Source: Octopus sinensis
Lineage: Eukaryota
Direction: 5' to 3'
Assembly: GCF_006345805.1 (NCBI RefSeq)
Contig: NC_043010.1
Location: 36,332,001 to 36,396,000, forward strand
DNA: 64,000 nucleotides
Shown here: positions 13,749 to 26,723 of the stretch, piece by piece
Numbering within the stretch: the first letter of the stretch is position 1
How the letters are laid out: every line of letters begins with the position of its first letter
The notes under the pieces: model-generated
Databases searched by the model: none
Told to the model about the DNA's origin: nothing
Seen by the model: the letters and a program-made list of their open reading frames with translations, nothing else
Made by a program: the position numbers and the translations under genes

Positions 13749-14142
13749 TGGAAATGTTGCATGAGATGACCCGGCATTTTATCCAGAAGATGTGTCAATT
13801 TGAAATTGATATTGTTTATATCATCTTGCTAGGAGTTTACCTTTTGCTGTAAATTTGCTCTTCACCACATCCTGTTGAATAACTAAGGATTGTGTGTGTT
13901 GGTTGGCTGGCACAATACCAAATTTGTAGGGGAGAAAGTGTAGCTGATTGAATCAAATTCCACATATCTACTTATTTCTATTTATTTCATCAGCCAACAC
14001 TGGAAGGATGAAAGGCAAAATTGATGTTTGTGGAATTTGAACTCTGAATTGTAGAAAAAAAAAAGCACAAAAAGTACCTCAAGACTGTGTTCTCAAGGTC
14101 CATGTTTGGTCATTTCTGATACCCCTCCTCTTATTCAAAGGT

Positions 14143-14173
<31 letters not shown>

Positions 14174-15473
14174 TATTCATTTACAGAAAGAAAAAATATA
14201 GATTTAACATTAGTGGTAGGTTTCAAATTTTGTGGGATGGGTGCAGTCGATTTCATCAATCTCAGTATTTGACTGCTGCTTATTTCATCGACCCTGGAAG
14301 GGTAAATAGCAAATTAAACTTAGTCGGGGTTTGTCAGGTAAACCTGCAGTCTTGCTTATAAATACATTTATGCACTATGTATCTTCATTATAGCCACATG
14401 GCTGTTTAGTTAACAAGTTTGCTTCATAACCATGAGGATCTGAGTTTGATCCAACTCCACATCACTTTAGGCAAGTTGGTTCTGTCATAGCCTTGGAATT
14501 ACCAATGCGTTGTGAGTGAAATTTACTAAGCAGAGACTGCAAAAGCCTGTTTGGTGTGTGTAATGTATACAATTAAAATTTCTGACACTCCTGTGTCACT
14601 TCAAAGGCAAGACTCAACAATTGTATTGTTGTTAGGCATTGCCTGGTTCATAAAAGAAATATTGACTTTATATTTATAATGTTGTGAATATGTTCTTGAG
14701 TTATATAGCCTACTTTGATACCAGGTCGAGGTCTATAGTAAGTATGTGTGCGTGCGTGTGAATATCTGATGGTATGTAAGTCTGTAAGCGTGACCTAATT
14801 CTTTTAAAGGAAATATTACTGCTCAACTTAGCTATCTGATAAAATGAGATTAATAAAACAAGTATCATTCTAACTATTCATGAAAGTGGTGTTTTGCAGT
14901 AGCTCCAATGTAATGACAAGAACCAATAAAAACAAAGTTATGTCCAGCTAGACATACATACACAGTTAAAAGTACATGCTTTACTACTAATTTTTTTTTT
15001 TCAACTTCTTCAGATATCAAATCTAAATTCCAACAAAGGAGCCTTGTTCCTCAACAGTGATTTTAGAAACTTAGAGCAATATAAAGGCGCAGGTGTGGTT
15101 CCAGGTTCAATCCCAGGGTGAAGAAGTGTCTTCTACTACAGCCTTGGGCTGACCAAAGCCTTGCGAGTGGATTTGGTTGATGGAAACTGAAGCCTGTCAT
15201 ATATATATGTATATATACATCTATGTGTGTGTCTTTGCATCTGCATTTGCACCCCCCCCACCACCACCATTTGACAACTGGTGTTGGTGTGTTTATGTCC
15301 CTGTAACTTAGCGATTTGGCAAAAGAGTTTGATAGAGTATTAGGCTTAAAAAAAGTACTGGGGTCAACTCATTCAACCAAAAACTTCAAGGTGGTGCCCC
15401 AGCATGACCACAGCCTAATAATTGAAACAAGTAAAAGTGGAAAAACATAGTTATATACCTAAGATCATACACA

Positions 15474-15513
<40 letters not shown>

Positions 15514-16520
15514 CTCTCACATACACACACACGTTTCCACCCTCACCTACCCCCGTTAAATATTATTGTTGGTTTCTCTTTGGTCTCTTTGTGGTTTGAA
15601 ATTCTGAATAGATAATGGTATTTTTATAAATCAAAAATTGTGGAAGGGGAGGGAATGCAAGTTTTGGCTTTTGAGAATGGAATTGAAATTGAAACTCTTA
15701 ATCAGAATTCAACCAAAATTATAATTACTAAAATTATTGGGGACTGGATGGGGGAGAGGGAGGAAGTACCAGTTTTTATTATGATTGACATTTCAATCTT
15801 AATTTTTGAGACTTATTATGAAACTCACCATCCCTACTGCCTGGTGCTGTTTTTTGAAATATTTTAGCAATTCAAATTGTTACACACACATATTCCCATA
15901 TTCACGTATGTGCACATACACACACCTCTGTGTGTGTCTGTGTATGTATAATACAACTAATAAAGTGTTAGAGAAAATACCTTGTGGTACTTTAGTTATG
16001 GTATTTACTCTTAAGTCACACTCTCTTGTACTTGATTCTAACTGAAAAAAACTGGGGTACATACATCCTATATATGGGGCAAAACTAAGACTATATATAA
16101 AAAAGTTATGCCAAAATTTAACACTAAAGTAGGGGTCCGACATATATGCAAGTAAATAGGGGATATCTTCTATGTACTGAGCTCAAATCCAGTTGCGGGT
16201 GGTGGTCAGTGAAGTTAGTATTATTCAAGTCCTGGGTTTAATCAAGTCGCTTACTTCTTCCAAACATATTTGTGGCTTTGTACCAATATTAACTATTGCT
16301 ATTAATACTGAGGTTGACTTGCCTTTCATCCTTTCAGGGTTCACGAAGATAATCAACTTAACCCCCCCCCGAAATTGCTGGCGTTGTGCTAACATTTGAA
16401 ACCATTATTGTTGTGATGTTTAGGTTGTGTACAACAAAAACAAGTGTGTGGTGTTAGTCGGCCTTTTTATAGTATTTGAAATCTTATCACATTTGATAAA
16501 TATAGGGACCAGGTAATAAA

Positions 16521-16568
<48 letters not shown>

Positions 16569-16586
16569 TATATATATATACATACA

Positions 16587-16712
16587 CAGGGTGTCCAAAA
16601 AATGTATACACACCTTAAATAATTGTAAATTTATTATTCTTTGTAAGCCTAGTACTTATTCTATTGTTCTCTTTTGCCGAACCACTATGTGTATACATTT
16701 TTTTGGGACACC

Positions 16713-16715
<3 letters not shown>
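16587..16715. mobile_element. Tc1/mariner-like MITE, about 129 bp, with an internal SINE fragment
   Basis: TIRs of about 26-28 bp, CAGGGTGTCC(C)AAAAAA(A)TGTATACACA, lie in a TA tract. Internal 16634-16686 matches the family-A SINE in antisense. Confidence 0.75.
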
Positions 16716-16752
<37 letters not shown>

Positions 16753-17474
16753 ACACACACACATGCATATATGGGTACAGGATGTCACCAACAGTGCAAA
16801 TAACATGAAATATGTAAACAATGAGAAAAAATGAAAACGGGACAAGCAAACACAGAGAAAGGACCCTTCATCAGTTGTCGGCTGTCTATCTACTCATTTC
16901 GAGCATTCAACGACAATATGTGTCTTCAAAGACAGTTGCTCCCATAAATTCTAAAATAAAATTTAGGATTTATGGAGGGTCAAAGTTGGGAACAAAAAAG
17001 TGACAGTGGAGACCTGCAAGGAAACCGAATGAAAACATAAATGAAGGGTCGTTAGACCAGAACTAGAGGAAAATTTGTTTTTGAAAGAAAGTTGTATTAT
17101 AAGAATAGCCAATTCTATATAATGAGCTTGATTGCCAAAGTTATAAATTATTATTGTTAACTAGGAGCAGAGATTGGCGGGATCATTAGAGTATTGGACA
17201 AAATTCTGTGGTATTTAGTGATAATTGATTATGATCCAAGTTCAAATTCACCTTTTATCTTGCCAAGGTCAATAAAATAAAATACCAGTTAAGTACTGGT
17301 GTGTGGTGGGCTGGGTATATAATTGACTATCCCCTCTCTCCCCCTTGTGCTTATGTCAGAATAATAATTATTATTGGTTGTTATTTCTAGCAGATTGAGT
17401 GACTCTGTGTGAGTGTGTGTAAAATGTCAAGATAAAGCATATGACAAAATGGATTGATTAGTTAGAGAGCTAGT

Positions 17475-17700
17475 CCACATTACTCTGTAAAGAGCACAGG
17501 GCTGTGGCCATTTCGTGCCAGTGGATGTGATCTTGGGCTACTTCTTTGATTTCAGACCAAGAAAGACCGACTTCTTTCACTTCATCCTTTGCACATCCTT
17601 TCCAGATCTTCTTAGATTGTTCTACTTTCTTCTTTCCTTCTGGTTGCCATCTAACACTTGTCTTGCAATGCTGCTCAGAAGTCTTCTTAGAGTGTGATTG
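17475..17700 (-). mobile_element. Decayed RTE-like LINE ORF2 C-terminal fragment
   Basis: WQPEGKKK...W.....EVGLSWSEIKEVAQDHIHWH resembles the RTE W.PeG.R.rGRP..tW...AqDR..W motif. Confidence 0.6.
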
Positions 17701-18994
17701 GTCCAGCCCCATTTACTTTGGGGCTGGGAAACAAAAACAGAAAAAGAAAATGGGACAAAATGCTTTGCATTATTTCTCCTAGCTTCTTATGTATTGAGTT
17801 CAAATTCCATCATGGATAACTTTGCCTTTCATTCTTTTGGAGTTGATAAAATAAAATATCAGTCAAGTACTGGGCTTGATGGTATCAGCTAAACACCACC
17901 ACCCTTCCTCAAAATTGCTGGCTTTGTATTTCTAAACCAGAGAATTATTTTTAATGTTATTATTACCATGTAGCTGAAGAATGAATGGATCTTTGGGATT
18001 GTGTGTGCCACATTCCTGATAATTACATTGATTAAATTCCTTCAGTTTATTGATAGTCTCCGATGAATTAAAGCTGCTTGGGCAATTGGCTTAGAGATTC
18101 CTTCCATAACTGGAGGACAGTATTGCTAGTGAGAGATGTGAACCATTATCAGTTGGTGAACCAAACAGTCTATCTATCTATTTATTCATCCATCCATCCA
18201 CCCCCCCACACACAAAAGCAAGCATGTATGTATGTGTGTGTGTGTGCATGCACACACAGTTACTTGATCTGCTGGAAACCACTGCCTAATAACCTCTCTT
18301 TTTCATTCATTCCAAATGTATTAAAAATATCAAGGACATATTGGAGAGTGTAGTCTCAGGCATAATGAAAAGGCAACTGGCTGGTCATGTTTGGAATGCT
18401 ATTGATCATTGATCTGTTTAATCAGCTCTGTCCTGGGTGCTAAGCAGCGACTACAGCGCCAACACCACTGCCACATATTGCTATATTTCTTTAATGTGTC
18501 ACTGGTGCTGCATAAATAAATGAATAACCAAATAAGACAAACCCATGTGCACACAGCAACTATTCTTCGCCAAAAGAGTTTGAAATTCGTGCAGTGCAAA
18601 TGACATCAGTGTGTGTGTGTGTATGTGTGTCTGTGTGTATGCATTGCACACTGCATGCCCTGGGTAGCTGATACAGTATTTTAGGCAATGGTGAATGCAT
18701 TTGATTGGAATTTTGCTCTCCCTCTCTCTCGCTCTTTCTTTCTCTCTCTCTCCCTCCCCCCTTCTGTGTATGTGTGTCTTTTTCAAGCCATCTCAGAGCC
18801 ATTCCTTTTGGCTTCATGCATCTCTCTCTCTCTCTCTTTCACACAAACACACGCACACATGTGCTTATTTTCTTTCTGTACATCACAACTTCTATCAACT
18901 TATATTTTTTTACCCCATAGGAAAGTACAGATATATGTGAATTGAGTTGTTTGTGTGCTGCTGTTGTTGTTACTCAGCCTCAGGCAAATTCTGA

Positions 18995-19250
18995 TTGACC
19001 AATGATCAAAGCATTCCACCTATGACCATCTCATTTAATCTTCAGGCAATTTATCATAACCAGAACTACGTTAACCATCGCATCCATTTTTCTTCTTCTT
19101 CTTTTAATTTAACAAAGTATGCTTTAAGTGGAATTGCGCTGTTATTTCTAGCTGATCAAGGAACTGCATAGATGTTATTGATAGTAACGTTTTCAGTTAC
19201 AGTTACAAAATGCATGCGTATGCACCTACATGCATTCTTTTGTTCATACA

Positions 19251-19295
<45 letters not shown>

Positions 19296-19570
19296 ATGTG
19301 TGTGTGTGTGTGTGTTGACCAACGATCAAAGCATTCCACCTATGACCATCTCATTTAATCTTCAGGCAATTTATCATAACCAGAACTATGTTAACCATCG
19401 CATCCATTTTTCTTCTTCTTCTTTTAATTTAACAAAGTATGCTTTAAGTGGAATTGCGCTGTTATTTCTAGCTGATCAAGGAACTGCATAGATGTTATTG
19501 ATAGTAACGTTTTCAGTTACAGTTACAAAATGCATGCGTATGCACATACATGCATTCTTTTGTTCATGCA

Positions 19571-19611
<41 letters not shown>

Positions 19612-19890
19612 ATGTGTGTGTGTGTGTGTGTTGACCAACGATCAAAGCATTCCACCTATGACCATCTCATTTAATCTTCAGGCAATTTATCATAACCAGA
19701 ACTATGTTAACCATCGCATCCATTTTTCTTCTTCTTCTTTTAATTTAACAAAGTATGCTTTAAGTGGAATTGCGCTGTTATTTCTAGCTGATCAAGGAAC
19801 TGCATAGATGTTATTGATAGTAACGTTTTCAGTTACAGTTACAAAATGCATGCGTATGCACATACATGCATTCTTTTGTTCATGCATGTG
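18995..19890. repeat. Three-copy tandem repeat, 316-320-bp unit ending in (TG)n
   Basis: Units start TTGACCAAYGATCAAAGC at 18995, 19315 and 19631 and are near-identical. Confidence 0.95.
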
Positions 19891-20809
19891 CATACATGCA
19901 TGTGTGTGTACTTAGTGCATGCAGTCATGTTCATACGCTATCTACATGTATGCATGCAGTGTTTCTAAGCATGTTATCTTGTATATGTCGGGCATCTGTT
20001 CAATACATGTGTGTTTTGTGCAGCACATGTGCATGCATGCTTGGCTTATCAATGAAATGACTGAATAAATTGCGAAGACATCCATGGTATTTGTTTTGTG
20101 GGGTGGGTTGGGTTGGGGGGTGCGATGGTAGATGCAGTAACGTGTGTGTGTGCGTGGTGGTAATGTGAACAAAAACAGATTTCACATATGCTAGAGCCTC
20201 TTATGCTGCTGCTGCTGCTGCTACTACTACTACTACTACCTATGGTATTCCTCTGTTGTTACTTCTATCTTTAACCCTTCCTCCAACACTACCTCCTCCT
20301 CCACCTCCACCCCTCTCACTCCTGCTACTACTGTTACTACTCCATCTCTGTTACTATTATTACTATTTCACTGTATTCCCTATCGCTGCTACTATTACTA
20401 CATTGCTGCTGCTGCTGCTACTACTACTGCTGCTACTACTACTGCTGCTGCTACCACCACCACCACCATCATCACTACCACCACCACTACCCCCACCCCA
20501 TGCTCTTTGCTTTTTAGTGATGTTTTCACCATCTCCTCATGCTACTGGTTTCCACTAGTAAAGACAGAGCCTCTGTTATAGTCTCTCAACCTGTTAGTAA
20601 ATAGCAGCTAAATGCCCTCAAATTACATCCTTAAAATAATAAAATAATAAGAGTCCTAGTTAATAAGTCCTACGTAGTGGGTTAATCTTGGCTGGGATGT
20701 CTTTGATCAAAGATAGAAACCTGCTCAGGTAATCCTACAACTGCTGCTACTTATTAATTAATGATGCTGTTAATTAAAAATAAACACAAAATAAATAATA
20801 AAAAAACCC

Positions 20810-20841
<32 letters not shown>

Positions 20842-21083
20842 CAGTCATCCAGTTGTAGCCATGCTGAGACACTGGTACCTCTGTGAGGTTTTGCTTTTCT
20901 GTATTTAGTGAATGTGTGTGTCTTGTTGCCATGTAGGTTCATCGCAGTGTAAGTGGGGGATGTCCAAGTGCTTGCTGTATGCAAATGTTATCAACCACAC
21001 ACAATGATTCCTCTATGGCTTGAGGAAGGACATTGAATAGTTGTGTTACCTTGAAACTAAAAAGGAGTGTTCTGCTGCTGCTG

Positions 21084-21115
<32 letters not shown>

Positions 21116-21232
21116 GCTACTGCACCACCACCCTTACCACCATCACCACATTGTATTCATAATTAAGTTTAGACAAGATAATCATGTAATGAAGGAAATG
21201 AAAATTGCTCTCTAGTAGGTGTGGTGTGTAAG

Positions 21233-21303
<71 letters not shown>

Positions 21304-21566
21304 TGTGATGCTAATAAGCTATATGTATGCCTCTGAATAAAACTTTACTCGAGTACAGAGCTGTAATTAGAAAAAGAGATGACAAAGGAATAAGTGGTTA
21401 TCTTATGAAACTATAAGGTGTTACTCAGGTACTCGACTATGAATGCGCCACAGCTATAAGCTAAAGCTTATATGATAATTGTCTATTATTTTGGCATCTC
21501 TTTTTCACATACATATTTATATCTATATCTCTATCTATCTATCCATTCATCCATCCATCTATATAT

Positions 21567-21919
21567 GTGGCTGTGTGGTAAAAAGCTTGCGTCCCAACCA
21601 CATGGTTTTGGGTTCAGTCCCACTGCGTGGCACCTTGGGCAAGTGTCTTCTATTATAGTCTTTGGCCAACCAAAACCTTGTGACTGTATTTGGATAACGG
21701 AAACTGAAAGAAGCCCTGTGTATGTGTATGTATATATTTGTGTTTGCCCCCAACCCATCCATGCTGGTTTGTTTATGTCCCCATAATTTAGCAGTTCAAC
21801 AAAGGAGTCTGATAGAATAAGTACTAGGTATACAAAGAATAAGTCCTAGGGACGATTTGTTCGAGTAAAGGCGGTGCTCCAGCATGGCCACAGTCAAATG
21901 ACCGAAACAAGTAAAAGTA

Positions 21920-21920
<1 letters not shown>
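21567..21920 (+). mobile_element. Family-A tRNA-derived SINE (major octopus-type SINE, CORE-like CACCTTGGGCAAGTG)
   Basis: A-box TGGCTGTGTGG, B-box GGGTTCAGTCCC, internal TA/TG tract, GAAACAAGTAAAAG tail. Confidence 0.85.
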
Positions 21921-21969
<49 letters not shown>

Positions 21970-21971
<2 letters not shown>

Positions 21972-22392
21972 CGCAGGAGTGGCTGTGTGGTAAGTAGCTT
22001 GCTAACCAACCACATGGTTCCGGGTTCAGTCCCACTGCGTGGCATCTTGGGCAAGTGTCTTCTGCTATAGCCCCGGCCGACCAATGCCTTGTGAGTGGAT
22101 TTGGTAGACGGAAACTGAAAGAAGCCTGTCGTATATATGTATATATATATATATATAAGTGTGTGTGTATGTGTTTGTGTGTCTGTGTTTGTCCCCCTAG
22201 CATTGCTTGACAACCGATGCTGGTGTGTTTACGTCCCTGTCACTTAGCGGTTCGGCAAAATGGACCAATAGAATAAGTACTGGGCTTACAAAGAGTAAGT
22301 CCCGGGGTCGATTTGCTCGACTAAAGGCGGTGCTCCAGCATGGCCGCAGTCAAATGACTGAAACAAGTAAGAGTTAAAAGAGAGTTAAAGAG
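21970..22392 (+). mobile_element. Full-length family-A SINE
   Basis: Runs from GGCGCAGGAGTGGCTGTGTGG to the GAGTTAAAAGAG tail, with CpGs largely intact. Confidence 0.95.
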
Positions 22393-22650
22393 TATATATA
22401 TAGTGAAGATGAAGGGACTTAGCAATATATTTTATTCGACTCACAGTCAGCTTTGTCGACATTGTGACTTTTCTCTGGGTAAAGTCACATCATCAGTAAC
22501 TGTTTCAATGTTATGTTTTGAAATAATTATCTTATTTTAACGCGTGCGTGCACGCACACAATGGTGAGAGGCTGATTTAGGTTAACCATCTGCGCAAAAG
22601 ACAACAGTGAAGATAGGGCCAGCATATTTACTGTAGTAGGGAAAAGAAAA

Positions 22651-22863
22651 CTCTTTCTTTTACATTCACTTGTTTCAGTCATTTGACGGCGGCCATGCTG
22701 GGGCACTGCCATTAGTCAAGCAAATCGACCCCAGAGCTTATTCTGTGTAAGCATAGTACTTATTCTATCGGTCTCTTTTGCCGAACTGCTAAGATACGGG
22801 GATGTAAACACACCAGCATCGGTTGTGAAGTGATGTTGGGTGGACAAACACGGACACACACAA

Positions 22864-22906
<43 letters not shown>

Positions 22907-23087
22907 ATTATATATATATATATACGACGTGCTTCTTCCAGTTTCAGTCTACCAAATCCACTCACAAGGCTTTGGTCGGCCTGAGGCTATAGTAGAAGAC
23001 ACTTGCGCAAGGTGCCACACAGTGGGACTGAACCCATGACCATGTGGTTGGTAAGGAAGCTACTTACCACACAGCCACTCCTGTGCC
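22651..23087 (-). mobile_element. Full-length family-A SINE, antisense
   Basis: Reverse complement of the 21970 copy. Confidence 0.9.
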
Positions 23088-23179
23088 TAGTTAGTTAATA
23101 ATACTTGTACTGTGCAAGGCAGGCATAAACTCAATATTAACTTTTAATCTGCTTTTGGCAAATATTGGCAACAAATCCT

Positions 23180-23210
23180 GACATGTTTCAGTTTTATTAG
23201 TCCTCATCAG
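23180..23210 (-). ncRNA. Degenerate minimal type I hammerhead ribozyme motif (Penelope-like pLTR relic)
   Basis: The minus strand reads CTGATGA-GGACTAATAAAACT-GAAACATGTC, with palindromic ACATGT, a GUC triplet and ATTAAA about 31 nt downstream. Stems I and II pair poorly. Confidence 0.45.
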
Positions 23211-23982
23211 TGACGTATAACCTTCTGTCTTTGATTAGTGAAGAGATTTTTTTAAAAAAGATAACTAACTTTATGGTTATGTTTTCCTATGGATAGCATT
23301 CATGAGTAATTTCCTTCAATCGTAATGTAATTTTTGATGCCTACTCATTTGCACTGTTGTACATCAATATAGTTGACTGTTTGGAAAAAAAAAAAAACTA
23401 AAAATATAAAGTTGAACTGAAGAGGTGTAACAAGAGCGAAACATACCTGCTATGGTCACCAATACTTAATGAGGTCATAACACTTTAGATAAATATTAAT
23501 TATTGAGCTAATATTTTTATTTCTTATTGCTTAGGTGTTATTGATTCTTTAGACTGTTCTCCCTTGGCCTAAATATGTGTGTGTGTGTGTGTGTGTGTGT
23601 TCGCGCGTACATGTGCGTGCGTACTCACTCGCTCCTAATTTGTATATTCGTTGTTCTCCTGACTTTTGATAATCTCTGGTTTAATGTTATCTGCTTTTCG
23701 CTGTTGTCTCGCAAAAATTATATTTGTGATATCAGTCAACACTTTCAGTCTGCTCTGATTTATGCCTCTTCCCATGATTATTTTCCTGAGATAATCTCTC
23801 AGTATCAGGATTTCTTTGAAAGCTTCTACAAGACAGGAGCTTATGGGTTTTAATATCAGCGGAGTAGATTTTCTTTGTAATTCAATAATTTGTTCCAAAT
23901 ATTGGTTCCAGTACTGCCTTGTTGGTCACTGTACCGTTGTTTGCCGCACATTTTATAAGACATTTTCATCAAAACTTAACTA

Positions 23983-24381
23983 AGGACCTTTTCGGTTTGA
24001 ACGGCAGTTTTTTCTAGCGGTCTCATATGAAATTGTCACCCATAATTATGACCCTAGTATCGATCTATTTGCATTTCAATCTGTTTTAGGGTTAGGGGAA
24101 GGGTATCTTTTTTTCTTCAGAAATGTAAATAAACCCAATCTGTTTCTTAAACGAGGGACATATTCATACAGCACAGAATGTTTTCACCTCAATAGACGTC
24201 ATTGATTGGTTGAAATTGAAGAAAAACAACAACAAATATCTTACAAACAATAGAATTTTCTCAATGACGCCAAGAGAAAAAAATGTTTTATAAACACATT
24301 CTACCCGTATACGAAGTTTAAAAGTGTTTAGTTACGTGGAAATTATTTTTTAAAAACTGCCGGTCAAACCGAAAAGATCCG
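23983..24381. mobile_element. Non-autonomous TIR DNA element (MITE), about 400 bp
   Basis: 29-bp TIRs, GGA(C/T)CTTTTCGGTTTGA(A/C)CGGCAGTTTTT, with 2 mismatches. Internal TTAGGGTTAGGG. No clean TSD. Confidence 0.8.
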
Positions 24382-26324
24382 GTAGCAGGAATGTTAGTTT
24401 GCGTTTTTCCCTAGTTTTACTACCAAGAAGGAGGATTTCTTAAGTTACAAATTTACCTCTGCGTGTGTGCGTGCGCGCACGACCACTAAAAAAGGATGTT
24501 ATTGAAGGGGCGTAATTCTGTAGCAATAAGCAAATTTGTAGAACTGCAGAATCTTACTGATATTTAGTTTATCGACTCTAGACGGATGAAAGTCTACGCC
24601 GATAAGCCTTGAATAATGATAATTATAAAAATAAGTAATTTCAAGGAAAATGGATTGCATAATTAGTAAGAGTGTTGGATAAAGTTACTTCTTGTATTGA
24701 AGTTATATCTCTTTATGTTCCTAGTTTAAATTCTCCTGCGGTCGATTTCACCATTCGACATTTGTGCCTCTGTTGCTATGTTACTCGTCATGTAGAAAAA
24801 CGTGTGGATTGTAATTGACATTGTTATTAGATCACTGATTAGGCAAAATCGGTTTGTACGTCAGTTAAAACCGCTTAGCAGCATATTTCTTCCGGCTTCT
24901 GAGTTCAAATTCCCCGGAGATTGACTTTTTTGTCTTTCATCCTTTCGGGGTCAATGAAAAGAAAAGTACGAGTTGCTCACAGGGGTTAAATGTAATCGAC
25001 AAGACCCCCTCCCCACAAATTTCAGGTCTTGTGTCTGTAATAGAAAGAATTGGAACATAGATAAACAGTAAAACGATGCGACCATAAAACCATTGCGGCA
25101 TTTATCCGCAGTAGTCGGTCTTGTCTTTGAAGTGTCCGAAATTGATAAAATAAATACCGCTCAGGGAGTGAGATCGATCTATTCTTTCACCAAAGGAAAA
25201 TTATTGGAATCGGTAAAACAGTGCTTCTGTAGTTACGTCCCTTGATATTCTTCGTTCAATTCCTGCCAAGGTCGACCTAAACCTTTGTATTCTATCGGAG
25301 TGAATAAAATTAGCACCAGACAAGTACTTGGGTCGGTTAAATGGCCTACACCCCTTCCTCAGATTTATGAAATTATGCCTATGTTGGAAATCATTACTGT
25401 TTGTTTAGGTTATTAATTACATTGTTTTCCGTATAAATTGGTTGGTTCACTTATCACAAATAGTTGTCTCCCTTCTGCAACCGTTAACCTCTTGATTTTC
25501 TAGGAAGCTGTGTGTCGGGTATGTGTGAATGATCTAGTAGTTTGGTTTAAAATAAAATGGGTATATTGTTCTGTCAAGGAGAAGAAACTGAGGCTAACCT
25601 TTCGAGGTGGAGTAAGAGAAAGCATAACATCTAAATCAAGAGTTTTTATTGACAATTTTTGGATTAATGGGGAGGGGGGATGCAATTTTTTTTTAAAAAG
25701 CATATTTAAGCTTTTTTTCCAAAAATTGTTATTTATATGTTGTAATAATGTAATGTGATGAAAATGAGTTATTTTCATATATTTTCTCAATTTTTGTGAA
25801 CCCTGTAACTGTTTCAACTGCAACAAAAAGTAAACAACAAAAATGAGCTGTAGGAAGGAAAGTAAAATATCATTGAAATAAAGATTTAAAAATATATATA
25901 TTTTTTTAATCGTATTCTTTTAATTAAATAAAAAGAATATTGTGGCCATTAATGTTAATTTTGGTACTAGGTCGTGTAAAAGTACCATCAAGCCCATCAA
26001 AGTTGTCCCCCTTGTGTATTTAAAAAAAAAAAATTCTCCACGTGGTGGAAAATATGTACTTAATAAATGATTACAAAGCTAATATAAGCCTTTCCTTCTC
26101 TTGACATTTGTAAATGAAACATGTATTACACCTCCGTTCGACATAACCTTTGTTGGGTGACTTATTGGGTAAAAATAGGTTTGGGGGAATAGGCATACCC
26201 ACTTCACAGAATTAGTGAGAGGAAAAGGTGAAAATGATACATGCCTTAATAGTTTAGTCTTTGCTGTCATCATCATCATCATCATCATATATAGTAGTGG
26301 TTATAATCAACGATTCTTCTATGG

Positions 26325-26520
26325 CTTTTACTCTTATACTTGTTTCAGTCATGTGACTGTGGCCATGCTGGAGCACAGCCTTTAGTCGAGCAAATCGATC
26401 CCCAGGACTTATTCTCTGTAAGCCTAGTACTTATTCTATCGGTCTCTTTTTGCCGAACCGCTAAGTTACGGTGGACGTAAACACACCAGCATCGGTTGAT
26501 AAGCGATGTTGGGGGGGGAC

Positions 26521-26563
<43 letters not shown>

Positions 26564-26723
26564 TGGGCTTCTTTCAGTATCCGTCTGCCAAATCCACTCA
26601 CAAGGCTTTGGGTGGCCCGAGGCTATAGTAGAAGACACTTGCCCAAGTTGCCATGCAGTGAGACTGAACCCAGAACCATGTGGCTTGTAAGCAAGCTACT
26701 TACCACACAGCCACTCCTATGCC
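26325..26723 (-). mobile_element. Family-A SINE
   Basis: Full-length antisense copy with an internal (CA)n tract. Confidence 0.9.

Noticed and set aside
20216-21150. Poly-Leu/Pro ORFs
   Set aside because: CTA/CTG/CCA microsatellite mosaics with no splice or domain support.
21970-22050. tRNA gene
   Set aside because: A/B boxes belong to tRNA-derived SINE heads and no cloverleaf is evident.
23417-23442. CTGAAGA...GAAAC hammerhead-like motif on +
   Set aside because: Stem II is mismatched, with no UH triplet or stem I. Mentioned only as context.
23635-23898. 87-aa minus-strand ORF
   Set aside because: TTG start, no recognisable motif and no convincing splice sites.
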